A DNA stretch of 64,000 nucleotides from Bilabrum cf. latius. Lineage: Eukaryota. A program made the position numbers and the translations under genes. Shown piece by piece: positions 48,601-60,754 of the stretch. Position 1 is the first letter of the stretch. Every line of letters begins with the position of its first letter. Below the pieces are notes generated by a model, which made no database searches, was not told the origin of the DNA, and worked only from the letters and a program-made list of their open reading frames with translations. The stretch lies in the NCBI GenBank assembly GCA_965178125.1, contig OZ237738.1, positions 868,001 through 932,000 of the forward strand. Direction: 5' to 3'.

Positions 48601-51600
48601 ATCGTTCTCCACGAGCAAGCACTCGCGGTTGTCCGATCGATGAGGGGCGTGCGACTGCCACCTAGCGTGCGATCCATGTCTGAGGACTAGCTGGAAGCCG
48701 GGCTGCTGGCTTGTCTTGGGGCTGCAGGCCACCAGGAGACGGCGCTACAGCGGGCGTAGGGGTTGCTCGGCCAGGGTCAGGCTGGCAGTGGCCTTGATCC
48801 AGTCGTTCGGCCCGCCGGAATTGAAGCGGCCTGGCGATTGGGCAAGTGGGGGTCCTTGCAATCGTTGCTCCAGGCAAGGCAGAGCCACAACCGGCTCGAT
48901 GTGCATGGTGGTAGTTTCGAAAGCCATCAGTTTTCCGGTGCATTTGGTTCCTCATTCCTTGCCCTGCGAGATGCAGCCATGGCCAGTCAGCGGACTGCCG
49001 CTGGTGCAGCCTCCGTGCCCCGCTCCGTGTCCTCGTTCGCAACACCTACTGTTGCCCTCGGTCGGGTGCGGGAGCTGTATCGAGCTGTGCGTCCAGTGCA
49101 GCGGCTGCTGCTGCACGAGACAGAACAGGCAAAGGCGAGGCGCGACGCCTAGAACCTCGCTAGCATTTCTACCTCTGAACCGGGCAGCACTGGCGGGGCA
49201 CAATTGCATCATCAACGAATGGTATCATCTCTAGCCGTGTTGCGACCAACCCCAAGCCTTTTGCCGTCAGCTTGCCGCCTGGATGGTGTGCTGATCGGAG
49301 CGCAGCAAGGAGGGGGGAGGGCAAGAGAGTTGGCGCTGCAGCTGTTACTCGGAAGCTCTTCGAGCAGGCTGCGGAGTCACGGCGATGCGTCTGCAAGGAC
49401 TGGGGACCACAGTAGCCGCACCGACCCCAGGCGGGCATTTGACGCCATAGCGACGCCGCAGTTCTTGGATTGCTGCAGGAGGCTTGGGGAAGGGCTTGCA
49501 GCGGCTCGCATAGCAGTGGGGCGTCGACTGGCAGAGGACTCGCCGGCTGGATACGGTGCGTGCTACCCGCACATCGTGCGGCTGCATCTGCTACGTGACA
49601 TGGAGCTTGCTGCGCGGTCTCTTGTGGAGCCGTCGGCCTAGGCTAGGCTGGCTGTGCTGCGAAGGCTGCTTCCCGAAGAGCGAATGAGGATGATGCGGCA
49701 GGATCTTGACACGCTGGAGCCAGTCCTGTCTTTGCACCGCATGCTCTTGCAATCTTTGGTAGGGAACCGGGCTCTGGTCGGCGAGGCATGGCTGCAGCTG
49801 GCCAAAGCAGCCCGGGACAGCGGCCGCTTCGCCACCGCCGATGCTGCCCTGCAGCACGCCGCGGGCCTGGGCAACGCCAAGGCGCGGCTGCACCGCGCCA
49901 AGCTGCTACACATGAAGGGCGACACGCTGGCGGCTCTCCACGAGATTGAGCCGGTTGAGATCAGCCACGAGCGTCTGCACGAGCGCGCAGCTTCCGTGCA
50001 GGACAAGCAAGCCAGGCACCTGGAGTCGAGACGGATCTTGCACGCGACCTCCTGGATGATCGAGGCAGACCGCGTGTCCTCGAGGATCGACGAGAGGTAC
50101 CAAGCAGCGATGAAGATGACGGCTCGACGGGACAAGCTGTACTTTCACATGGGGCTGTGGTACGATCGGTGCTTGCAGAGGCTGATGGACAGGGCCGATT
50201 CGCTGTCCCTGCGACACGGTAGCATGGCAGACAGCGGAGGTAATCGAGGGCGTTCCAAGAGCGGCGGCGCAGGCGGTCGCTCGGGGGTGGAGGCGTCCGC
50301 TCGAGAGATGGCCAGCCTCCACAGGCAGAGGGACGAGCTCGTATTCCTTGCGGCCAACATGTACGCCAAGGCGCTACGGCTGGGGGAGCACAGGTTCGTG
50401 TACCAGGCCATGCCTAGGCTGCTCACGCTTGTGCTGGACTACGGGGCAGCTGTGCAGCGCACAGCCGGCGCGGCGACTTTGGCAGGGGCTGGGGCGGTCG
50501 GTGGCAGCGGCAGCGGTGCTGTGACGCTATCGCAGATGCGCTCCTCTGATGAGATCCGGTCGCGCTCGGCCAGGATGGGGGACGCGCGGCAGGAAACGCT
50601 CAGTCGGCTCCTGCGCCGCATCGGCACGCTGCGAGACAACCTGCCGGGATACCTGTGGATGCTGGCCATGCCGCAGCTGGTGTCTCGGCTGTGCCATCGG
50701 CACCCGGACGTGATATCCATGATGTTCGACGTGATGAAGAGCATCGTGTACACGTACCACCAAGAGTCGCTGTGGATGGTCACCGGCCTAACAAAGAGCA
50801 GGGTGGCGATCCGAAAGCAGAGGGGGGAGAAGATCTGCCAAGCCGTCCGACGAGCCAGCCAGAACCACCAGCGGTCCATCGACATGCACAGCAGCCTCTT
50901 CGGGGACCTCATCCGTACCGCACAGCAGAAGCCCAAGGATTCCAAGGCGAAATCCATGAGCGTCCGCATCTCAAGCTCTCGGCAGTTCCGGGCGGTGCCG
51001 GTGCTCCTACCTACTCAGTCCGCGCTCACTGTGCGCCTCCCGGCTGGAGGAGCTTCAGGGGCTGCATCCGCGGCTGCAACGGCTGCCGCGGGCAGCGGTG
51101 CGGGCGGTGCATACCAGGCTGGGCATGGCGCGCTGGCAGGCTTCCCCCCGGCGGGAGTGCGCCCCACGATCGACCAGTTTGAGCAGCGAGCCAAGGTGAT
51201 GTCGAGCAAGGAGAAGCCCAAGCAGCTGACTGCCGTGGGCTCGGACGGTCGCAGGTACCACTTCCTGTGCAAGCAGGAGCTCTCGGGCGACTTGCGCAAG
51301 GACGCCCGCATGATGGAGCACTCCACGGTGGTGAACCGGCTGCTGGCGTCGGACCACGAGGCCAGCAGGCGCGCGCTCCGGCTGCGCACCTACAGCGTGA
51401 TCGTGACGAGCGAGAGCACGGGGCTCATGGAGTGGGTGGAAAACTGCACGCCGTTGCGCTTCGCCGTCAAGGAGGTCTACAATGACCTGGGCGTTGACAG
51501 TCCCATGCACCTAACGCTCCGTGTCATGAAGCCGCTGCAGAAGAACCAGGACAACCAGAATCAGACCACAGCAGCCACGGCAAGGTTCTTCGCCTCTGAG

Positions 51601-52386
51601 GTGCAGCCACAGTTCCCTGCGGTGCTGCACAGGTACCATCTGAAGCGCTTCGCTGACCCGGAGCGGTGGCTCCGGGCTCGGCAGCGGTTCACACGAAGCA
51701 CGGCCTGCTGGGCCATGGTGGGCCATCTGCTTGGGCTGGGCGATCGCCACGGAGAGAACCTGCTGATGGACGACACGAGCGGGGATCAGGTGCACGTGGA
51801 CTTCGACTGCCTGTTTGACAAGGGGCTGTCCCTGTCACGGCCCGAGGTGGTGCCCTTCCGCCTCACCGCCAACGTGCTGGATGCGATGGGCCTTTGGGGG
51901 TACGAGGGAGGCATGCGTCGGTCCAGCGAGGCGTGCATGGCGGTGCTACGTGCGAACGGGAGCACGCTGCTGGGCGTGCTGGAGTCCTTCGTGTACGATC
52001 CACTGGTGGAGTGGACTCGAAGCAAGAGCAAGGGAGGGAGGCACTCTTCTTCTTCTTCCTCGTCTTCGTCCTCGTCGGCGGCCGCGGGTGGCGCGGTGCT
52101 GCCGACCGACGAGGTGCCCAGCACGGCGGTGGGGGGCGAGGTGGAGAACATCGCCGGTGTGACGATTGTGAGGCACATCAAGGAGAGGCTGCGGGGAGGG
52201 TACAACGTGCGGCCGCCGCACCGGGACAAGTACAACGTGAGGACGAGGAGGCACGCTGCGGACGATGGCAGGCTTGCGGGGGGTCGCACGATCGGGGTGC
52301 AGGCGCAGGTGCACCGGCTGATCTCCGAGGCGTCATCGGTGGAGAACCTGGCCTAGATGTACGTTGGGTGGATGCCGTTCTTGTGA
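39613..52386 (+). CDS. ATR: ATR/Mec1 PIKK checkpoint kinase (~4257 aa, about 30 in-frame TAG)
   Basis: One frame from ATG 39613 to TGA 52384-52386. FAT region, then kinase motifs FLCKQELSGDLRKDARMME, GLMEWV, GLGDRHGENLL, HVDFDCLFDKG and PEVVPFRLT. FATC end ENLA(TAG)MYVGWMPFL. Confidence 0.92.
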
Positions 52387-52506
52387 AGTTGAGCGCCTCA
52401 GGTCTCAGGTCTGGGGTCGGGGAGGGGGGCGCTGCAGTGCACTGCACTGTGCCTTCTCCCGCGGGGCCGTGGGTGCTCAAGCTGCGGTTGGGAGTACAGA
52501 CTAGGA

Positions 52507-53013
52507 TTGCGAGGGAGTCGAGATTGGGCTGCAATTCGCACATTCTGCCTTGATTCCGATACGAGGCATTTCGACCGCCATCGCCCTCCTGCCTCTGAAT
52601 TCGTGCACAGGCTGAGGGGAAGCGCGCGGCGTGTGCCTGACGGGAGGGGTGCCGTCACAGCCGTGGCACAGGCCAAGCAAGAGAAGATCGGGATCCAGGG
52701 CTCGAGATCTGGCGCCGCGGCTGGGGCCAGTGCGGGTGCGGGTAGAGTGGGCGGTTCCGTAGGTGATGGTGGCTCTGGGCTGGGGCAGGGGTCCGCGGCA
52801 TCCACCAAGGAGGCCTTCTCCGTGGACGCGCTGGCGGCCCAGCTGAAGCGGTCCGACGAGGCCCTGATCAAGGGCCAGGCGTGGAGGGAGAAGCGGGCGG
52901 GGGCGCAGCAGCAGCAGCAGCAGAAGCAGCAGCAGCTGCAGGCGCGCAGGGAGAGGGTGGAGAAGGCGTCTGGCGAAGGAGGGGCAGCGAGCGAGAACGG
53001 CGCTTCTCCGTGA
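52507..53013 (+). CDS. Gly/Ala-rich, poly-Q ORF or gene 3' fragment, copy 1
   Basis: Coding-like composition (KEAFSVDALAAQLKRSDEALIKGQAWREKRAG, then Qn). No ATG in this copy. Confidence 0.3.
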   Translation: MRGSRDWAAIRTFCLDSDTRHFDRHRPPASEFVHRLRGSARRVPDGRGAVTAVAQAKQEKIGIQGSRSGAAAGASAGAGRVGGSVGDGGSGLGQGSAASTKEAFSVDALAAQLKRSDEALIKGQAWREKRAGAQQQQQQKQQQLQARRERVEKASGEGGAASENGASP

Positions 53014-53401
53014 GGAGGGATGTGGTGGGCTGTGCGTGGCCTGTTTGCTTCCTGTGAAGCTGATGTTCCAAGTAAGCGAGGCCGCCACGCCAGGCAAAGG
53101 CCGAGCACCTTGAAGTTGTGAACTTCTTGAAGATGAAAACAGCCTGAACCGGACCAGAGTGGATCGATCTCACCGACTCATTGTCAGTTTCATCGATACT
53201 GTTTCGAGTGCAGCATCCCCAACTAAAGCCTTTCTAGATACAGGGTTGAGTTGGAGCGAATCAGAACTAGCCGGCGAACAGGTACACAAGAGAAGGGCGT
53301 GCACAGTAAAGCTCGTATTCCCTGTCATTCTGACGTCGGCAGCCACCTGGCTGGCCTGCGTATCAGCAGTCGATACTGGATACAAATACTGCCTGGAAGC
53401 C

Positions 53402-55051
53402 ATGGAGCAAGCAGCAGGTGCACGCTCAGGGGAGGTGATCGATCTCGTCAGCAGCGACTCAAGCGACAGCGACTCTGGTGGAAGCGATGTCGAGGTTCCC
53501 GACCGCCGCATGAGCACGATTGCTGCATCGCTCTCATTGACCAGCAGTCGGTAGTGGGGCAGGCGAGAGGCAGGTGGGAAAGGTAGGGCCCGAGATTCAG
53601 CGAGCGATCGAGCCAAAGCTGTTCCCACGTCCATCGTGGCGTCGGGACACTCCAGCAGCAGCGCAATGTTGCCGCAAGAAGTGCAATCTTCAATGCAGTC
53701 AAGCTCAGGGGTAGATGCAAGCGGCGGCACCGATGCCTCTTTGGGCCAGAAGCGAGGCAGGCAGGTAGAGGCGAGGTCAGCAGACAGCTAGAGCGGATCG
53801 AGGGGAAAGAGACGGCGTGGGCAGGCAGGCGCAATCGGGGCAGGACATCGGTGCAGCATGTGCGGGCAGGCGTTCGGTGTGGCAGGCCATCTCAGGACGC
53901 ACATGAGGACTGTGCACATGGGCGAGCGCAAGCACGAGTGCATGGAGTGCGGCAAGTCATTCGGACAGGCAGGCAGTCTCAGGAGGCACATGAGGACTGT
54001 GCATGTTGGGGAGCGCAAGCACGAGTGCAGTGTGTGCGGCAAGTCATTCGGGCTGGCAGGCCATCTCAGGAGGCACATGAGGACCGTGCATCTGGGCGAG
54101 CGCAAGCACGAGTGCATGGTGTGCGGCAAGTCATTCGGTGTGGCAGGCAGTCTCAGGAGGCACATGAGCACTGTGCATTTGGGCGAGCGCAACCACGAGT
54201 GCATGGAGTGCGGCAAGTCATTCGGTGCGGCAGGCAGTCTCAGGACGCACATGAGGACCGTGCATCTGGGCGAGCGCAATCACGAGTGCAGTGTGTGCGG
54301 CAAGTCATTCGGACAGGCAAGCAATCTCAGGATGCACATGAGGACGGTGCACCTGGGCGAGCGCAAGCACGAGTGCAGTGTGTGCGGCAAGTCATTCGGG
54401 CTGGCAGGCAGTCTCAGGACGCACATGTCCACCGTGCATGTTGGGGAGCGCAAGCACGAGTGCAGTGTGTGCGGCAAGTCATTCGGACAGGCAGGCAGTC
54501 TCAGGAAGCACATGTCCACCGTGCATCTGGGCGAGCGCAAGCACGAGTGCATGGTGTGCGGTAAGTTATTCGGGCGGGCAAGCAATCTCAGGACGCACAT
54601 GTCCACCGTGCACATGAGCGAGCGCAAGCACGAGTGCAGTGTGTGCGGCAAGTCATTCGGGCGGGCAGGCGATCTCAGGACGCACATGAGGACCGTGCAT
54701 CTGGGCGAGCGCAACCACGAGTGCATGGAGTGCGGCAAGTCATTCGGACAGGCAGGCAATCTCAGGAGGCACATGAGGACCGTGCACATGGGCGAGCGCA
54801 AGCACGAGTGCATGGAGTGCGGCAAGTCATTCGGGCTGGCAAGCAATCTCAGGACGCACATGAGGACCGTGCATCTGGGCGAGCGCAAGCACGAGTGCAG
54901 TGTGTGCGGCAAGTCATTCGGGGAGGCAGGCAGTCTCAGGAGGCACATGAGGACCGTGCATCTGGGCGAGCGCAAGCACGAGTGCAGTGTGTGCGGCAAG
55001 TCATTCGGGCTGGCAGGCTCACTCAGGAGGCATACGCGGGGTTGCCATTGA
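53402..55051 (+). CDS. C2H2 zinc-finger array protein, copy 1 (14 fingers, ~549 aa)
   Basis: ATG 53402 MEQAAGARSGEVIDLVSSDSSDSD is in frame with the array through two TAG. Fourteen 29-aa CxxC-x12-H-x4-H units. Ends TGA. Confidence 0.9.
53852..55048 (+). repeat. 87-bp coding minisatellite, 14 units
   Basis: Repeat unit CACGAGTGC....TGCGGCAAGTCATTCGG....CTCAGG...CACATGAGGACCGTGCATCTGGGCGAGCGCAAG. Confidence 0.95.
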
Positions 55052-55686
55052 TTCGCTTGCAGTCTTGAACCTAGACTACAGATCAGATTTGTTCCTTCAA
55101 CCACAGTCTGCAGCGAGTGGCTCGGCGCTCGCTTTTGGATTGTGCACGCTGCATGAAATAAGGGGGAAGCTTAGGATGTCAGGACTAGATGTCCTGCACG
55201 TACCCCTCTTGTTCCTGTTACATGTACTCGGACATCAGGATTGAAGCTACGGGGAGCAGAGGTGAGACGGAAGACGAGGTGGGTGCAGGAGGACAGGAGG
55301 TGGAGAAGAACAGATGGAACACCGGCACAGGCGACGATAGTGCGGTGTCAATAGGGAGATCACAACGGGAGGAATGGGGGCTCCAGGTGCAAGGCGCGAG
55401 GGAGACGCGGGTGGCAGCGGGCTGCATGGCCAGCAGCGCGCAGAGGGCCAACAGGCGGGTGGACAGATGGGGCGCACGGCAGGTCGGCCAGGACCGGCGC
55501 GTGCAAGCTGAAAGGATAGGGCCAAGGCGGCAATGCAGGGAGCAAAGCACACGGTCCCTAGGGCGGGGAACAGGAACAGGAAGCCATGTGGCGGCGAGGC
55601 CAGTCGGTTGCATGGGCTTACGTAGGTACGATGGTACGCACCCATGCCTGGCAGGACCTTGACACTCGACTGCAGCACGTCCGAGG

Positions 55687-57176
55687 CTCTTCGGGGACCT
55701 CATCTGCACCGCGCAGCAGAAGCCCAAGGATTCCAAGGCGAAATCCATGAGCGTCCGCATCTCAAGCTCTCGGCAGTTCCGGGCGGTGCCGGTGCTCCTA
55801 CCTACTCAGTCCGCGCTCACTGTGCGCCTCCCGGCTGGAGGAGCTTCAGGGGCTGCATCTGCGGCTGCAACGGCTGCCGCGGGCAGCGGTGCGGGCGGTG
55901 CATACCAGGCTGGGCATGGCGCGCTGGCAGGCTTCCCCCCGGCGGGAGTGCGCCCCACGATCGACCAGTTTGAGCAGCGAGCCAAGGTGATGTCGAGCAA
56001 GGAGAAGCCCAAGCAGCTGACTGCCGTGGGCTCGGACGGTCGCAGGTACCACTTCCTGTGCAAGCAGGAGCTCTCGGGCGACTTGCGCAAGGACGCCCGC
56101 ATGATGGAGCACTCCACGGTGGTGAACCGGCTGCTGGCGTCGGACCACGAGGCCAGCAGGCGCGCGCTCCGGCTGCGCACCTACGCGTGATCGTGACGAG
56201 CGAGAGCACGGGGCTCATGGAGTGGGTGGAAAACTGCACGCCGTTGCGCTTCGCCGTCAAGGAGGTCTACAATGACCTGGGCGTTGACAGTCCCATGCAC
56301 CTAACGCTCCGTGTCATGAAGCCGCTGCAGAAGAACCAGGACAACCAGAATCAGACCACTGCAGCCACGGCAAGGTTCTTCGCCTCTGAGGTGCAGCCAC
56401 AGTTCCCTGCGGTGCTGCACAGGTACCATCTGAAGCGCTTTGCTGACCCGGAGCGGTGGCTCCGGGCTCGGCAGCGGTTCACACGAAGCACGGCCTGCTG
56501 GGCCATGGTGGGCCATCTGCTTGGGCTGGGCGACCGCCACGGAGAGAACCTGCTGATGGACGACACGAGCGGGGATCAGGTGCACGTGGACTTCGACTGC
56601 CTGTTTGACAAGGGACTGTCCCTGTCACGGCCCGAGGTGGTGCCCTTCCGCCTCACTGCCAACGTGCTGGATGCGATGGGCCTTTGGGGGTACGAGGGAG
56701 GCATGCGTCGGTCCAGCGAGGCGTGCATGGCGGTGCTACGTGCGAACGGGAGCACGCTGCTGGGCGTGCTGGAGTCCTTCGTGTACGATCCACTGGTGGA
56801 GTGGACTCGAAGCAAGAGCAAGGGAGGGAGGCACTCTTCTTCTTCTTCCTCGTCTTCGTCCTCGTCGGCGGCCGCGGGTGGCGCGGTGCTGCCGACCGAC
56901 GAGGTGCCCAGCACGGCGGTGGGGGGCGAGGTGGAGAACATCGCCGGTGTGACGATTGTGAGGCACATCAAGGAGAGGCTGCGGGGAGGGTACAACGTGC
57001 GGCCGCCGCACCGGGACAAGTACAACGTGAGGACGAGGAGGCACGCTGCGGACGATGGCAGGCTTGCGGGGGGTCGCACGATCGGGGTGCAGGCGCAGGT
57101 ACACCGGCTGATCTCCGAGGCGTCATCGGTGGAGAACCTGGCCTAGATGTACGTTGGGTGGATGCCGTTCTTGTGA
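55687..57176 (+). pseudogene. ATR: Duplicated 3' end of ATR (kinase domain and FATC) with a 1-bp deletion
   Basis: Near-identical to 50896-52386. TACAGCGTG becomes TACGCGTG at ~56185, shifting the frame inside the kinase N-lobe. 5' truncated. Confidence 0.85.
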
Positions 57177-57303
57177 AGTTGAGCGCCTCAGGTCTCAGGT
57201 CTGGGGTCGGGGGTCGGGGAGGGGGGCGCTGCAGGGCACTGCACTGTGCCTTCTCCCGCGGGGCCGTGGGTGCTCAAGCTGCGGTTGGGAGTACAGACTA
57301 GGA

Positions 57304-57701
57304 TTGCGAGGGAGTCGAGATTGGGCTGCAATTCGCACATTCTGCCTTGATTCCGATACGAGGCATCTCGACCGCCATCGCCCTCCTGCCTCTGGATTCG
57401 TGCACAGGCTGAGGGGAAGCGCGCGGCGTGTGCCTGACGGGAGGGGGTCCGTCGCAGCCGTGGCACAGGCCAAGCAAGACAAGATCGGGATCCGGGGCTC
57501 GAGATCTGGCGCCGCGGCGGGGGCCGGTGCGGGGGCGGGTGGAGTGGGCGGTTCCGTGGGTGATGGTGGCTCTGGGCTGGGGCAGGGGTCCGCGGCATCC
57601 ACCAAGGAGGCCTTCTCCGTGGACGCGCTGGCGGCCCAGCTGAAGCGGTCCGATGAGGCCCTGATCAAGGGCCAGGCGTGGAGGGAGAAGCGGGCGGGGG
57701 C

Positions 57702-57736
<35 letters not shown>

Positions 57737-57813
57737 TGCAGGCGCGCAGGGAGAGGGTGGAGAAGGCGTCTGGCGAAGGAGGGGCAGCGAGCGAGAACGG
57801 CGCTTCTCCGTGA
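57304..57813 (+). CDS. Gly/Ala-rich, poly-Q ORF or gene 3' fragment, copy 2
   Basis: Paralog of 52507-53013 with a pure CAG tract one codon longer. No ATG. Confidence 0.3.
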
Positions 57814-58205
57814 GGAGGGATGTGGTGGGCTGCGTGTGGCCTGATTGCTTCCTGTGAAGCTGGTGTTCCAAGTAAGTGAGGCCGCCACGCCAGGCAAAGG
57901 CCCAGCACCTTGAAGTTGTGAACTTCTTGAAGATGAAAACAGCCTGAACCGGACCAGAGTCGATCGATCTCACCGACGCATTGTCAGTTTCATCGATACT
58001 GTTTCGACTGCAGCATCCCCAACTAAAGCCTTTCTAGATACAGGGTTGAGTTGGAGCGAATCAGAACTGGCCGTCGAACAGGTACACACACAAGAGAAGG
58101 TCGTGCACAGTAAAGCTCGTATCCCCTGTCATTCTGTAGTCGGCGGCCACCTGGCTGGCTTGCGTATCAGCAGTTGATACTGGATACAAATACTGCCTGG
58201 AAGCC

Positions 58206-59507
58206 ATGGAGCAAGCAGCAGGTGCACGCTCAGGGGAGGTGATCGATCTCGTCAGCAGCGACTCAAGCGACAGCGACTCTGGTGAAAGCGATGTCGAGGT
58301 TCCCGACCGCCGCATGAGCACGATTGCTGCATCGCTATCATTGACCAGCAGTCGGTAGTGGGGCAGGCGAGAGGCAGGTGGGAAAGGTAGGGCCCGAGAT
58401 CAAGCCAGTGATCGAGCCAAAGCTGTTCCCACGCCCATCGTGGCGTCGGGACACTCCAGCAGCAACGCAATGTTACCGCAAGAAGAAGAATCTTCAATGC
58501 AGTCAAGCTCAGGGGTAGATGCAAGCGGCGGCACCGATGCCTCTGTGGGCCAGAAGCGAGGCAGGCAGGTAGAGGCGAGGTCAGCAGACAGCTAGAGCGG
58601 ATCGAGGGGAAAGAGACGGCGTGGGCAGGCAGGCGCAATCGGGGCAGGACATCGGTGCAGCGTGTGCGGGCAGGCGTTTGGACAGGCAGGCAGTCTCAGG
58701 ACGCACATGAGGACCGTGCATCTGGGCGAGCGCAAGCACGAGTGCAGTGTGTGCGGCAAGTCATTCGGGCAGGCAGGCAGTCTCAGGACGCACATGAGGA
58801 CTGTGCATCTGGGCGAGCGCAAGCACGAGTGCATGGTGTGCGGCAAGTCATTCGGGGAGGCAGGCTCACTCAGGACGCACATGAGGACCGTGCACATGGG
58901 CGAGCGCAAGCACGAGTGCAGTGTGTGCGGCAAGTCATTCGGACGGGCAGGCGATCTCAGGACGCACATGAGGACCGTGCATCTGGGCGAGCGCAAGCAC
59001 GAGTGCATGGTGTGCGGCAAGTCATTCGGGCGGGCAAGCGATCTCAGGACGCACATGAGGACCGTGCACCTGGGCGAGCGCAAGCACGAGTGCATGGAGT
59101 GCGGCAAGTCATTCGGACAGGCAGGCAATCTCAGGACGCACATGAGGACCGTGCATCTGGGCGAGCGCAAGCACGAGTGCAGTGTGTGCGGCAAGTCATT
59201 CGGGCGGGCAGGCCATCTCAGGACGCACATGAGGACCGTGCATCTGGGCGAGCGCAAGCACGAGTGCATGGTGTGCGGCAAGTCATTCGGTGCGGCAGGC
59301 AGTCTCAGGAGGCACATGAGGACTGTGCATCTGGGCGAGCGCAAGCACGAGTGCAGTGTGTGCGGCAAGTCATTCGGGCTTGCAGGCAATCTCAGGACGC
59401 ACATGAGGACCGTGCATCTGGGCGAGCGCAAGCACGAGTGCATGGAGTGCGGCAAGTCATTCGGACAGGCAGGCGATCTCAAGAGGCACACGCGAGGTTG
59501 CCACTGA
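58206..59507 (+). CDS. C2H2 zinc-finger array protein, copy 2 (10 fingers, ~433 aa)
   Basis: Same N-terminus, with the ATG 456 nt before the ORF-track start. Ten 87-bp units. Ends TGA. Confidence 0.9.
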
Positions 59508-60124
59508 TTCGCTAGCATTCTGTAGCGAGTGGCTCGGCGCTTGACATTGGATTTTGCACGCTGCATTAAAAAAGGGTGAAGCTTGGGATGTCAGGACTTG
59601 AAAGAAAATTCCTGCCCCCGGTCCCGAGGACCCACTGGGCTTCACCCCGAACGACTGGTTCTTCACCGGTCCACCTGAATGCGGTACTCATCCGACACTA
59701 CGAATATACACGCCACTTTCTCAATGCACGCGCGACTGGCCTCGTCGCCACATGGCTACCTGTTCCTGTTCCTCGCCCTAGGTACCGTGTGCTTTGCTCC
59801 CAGCATTGCCACCTTGGCCCAATCCTTTCAGCTTGCACGCGCCGGTCCTGGCCGACCTGCTGCGCCCCATCTGTCCACCCACCTGTTGGCCCTCTGCGTG
59901 CTGCTGGCCATGCAGTCCGCTGCCACCCGCGCCTCTCTCGTGCCTTGCACCTGGAGCCCCCATTTCTCCCGTTGTGTTCTCCCTGTTGACACCGCACTGT
60001 CGTCGCCTGTGCCGGTGCCCCCCTCTGTTCTTCTCCACCTCCTGTCCTCCTGCGCCCACCTCGCCTTCCGGCTCACCTCTGCTCCCCGTCGCTTCAATCC
60101 TGATGTCCGAGTACATAAAACAAG

Positions 60125-60723
60125 ATGTCCTGCACGAATTGCTCTTGTTCTGAGCACTCCTCTTGTTCTATCATGCTCCCTTGGGTACGATGGTACGTAC
60201 CCATGCCTGGCAGGGCCTTGACACTCGACTGCAGCACGTCGGAGGCCCGGCCCCGGATGCCGTTCGCCCGCCCGCCGGGCCGTGGGTGCTCGAGCTGCGG
60301 TTGGGAGTGCAAACTAGGATTGGGAGGGAGTCGAGATCAGGCTGCTGTCTGCACACTCTGCCTTGATTCCGATACGAGGCATCTCGACCGCCATCGCCCT
60401 CCTGCCTCTGGATTCGTGCACAGGCTGAGGGGAAACGCGCGGCGTGTGCCTGACGGGAGGGGTGCCGTCACAGCCGTGGCACAGGCCAAGCAAGACAAGA
60501 TCGGGATCCGGGGCTCGAGATCTGGCGCCGCGGCGGGGGCCGGTGCGGGGGCGGGTGGAGTGGGCGGTTCCGTGGGTGATGGTGGCTCTGGGCTGGGGCA
60601 GGGGTCCGCGGCATCCACCAAGGAGGCCTTCTCCGTGGACGCGCTGGCGGCCCAGCTGAAGCGGTCCGATGAGGCCCGGATCAAGGGCCAGGCGTGGAGG
60701 GAGAAGCGGGCGGGGGCGCAGCA

Positions 60724-60754
<31 letters not shown>

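Noticed and set aside
52354-52356. TAG corrected to Trp by A-to-I editing, or read as pyrrolysine or Leu
   Set aside because: TAG aligns with family Gln positions (FATC, QxYR, rhomboid) and lies inside Gln tracts, not at Trp or Leu sites.
39613-52386. Genes as pseudogenes riddled with nonsense mutations (RIP-like C-to-T decay)
   Set aside because: Decay would also create TAA (from the abundant CAA), TGA and frameshifts. Only TAG interrupts the frames, and the catalytic motifs are intact.
53402-55051. True PRDM9 or KRAB-ZNF ortholog
   Set aside because: No PR/SET, KRAB or SSXRD domain, and 29-aa units with a non-TGEKP linker. The similarity is in evolutionary pattern only.
53788-59566. Long antisense and alternate-frame ORFs over the zinc-finger arrays
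   Set aside because: These are shadows of a stop-poor, GC-rich 87-bp repeat.
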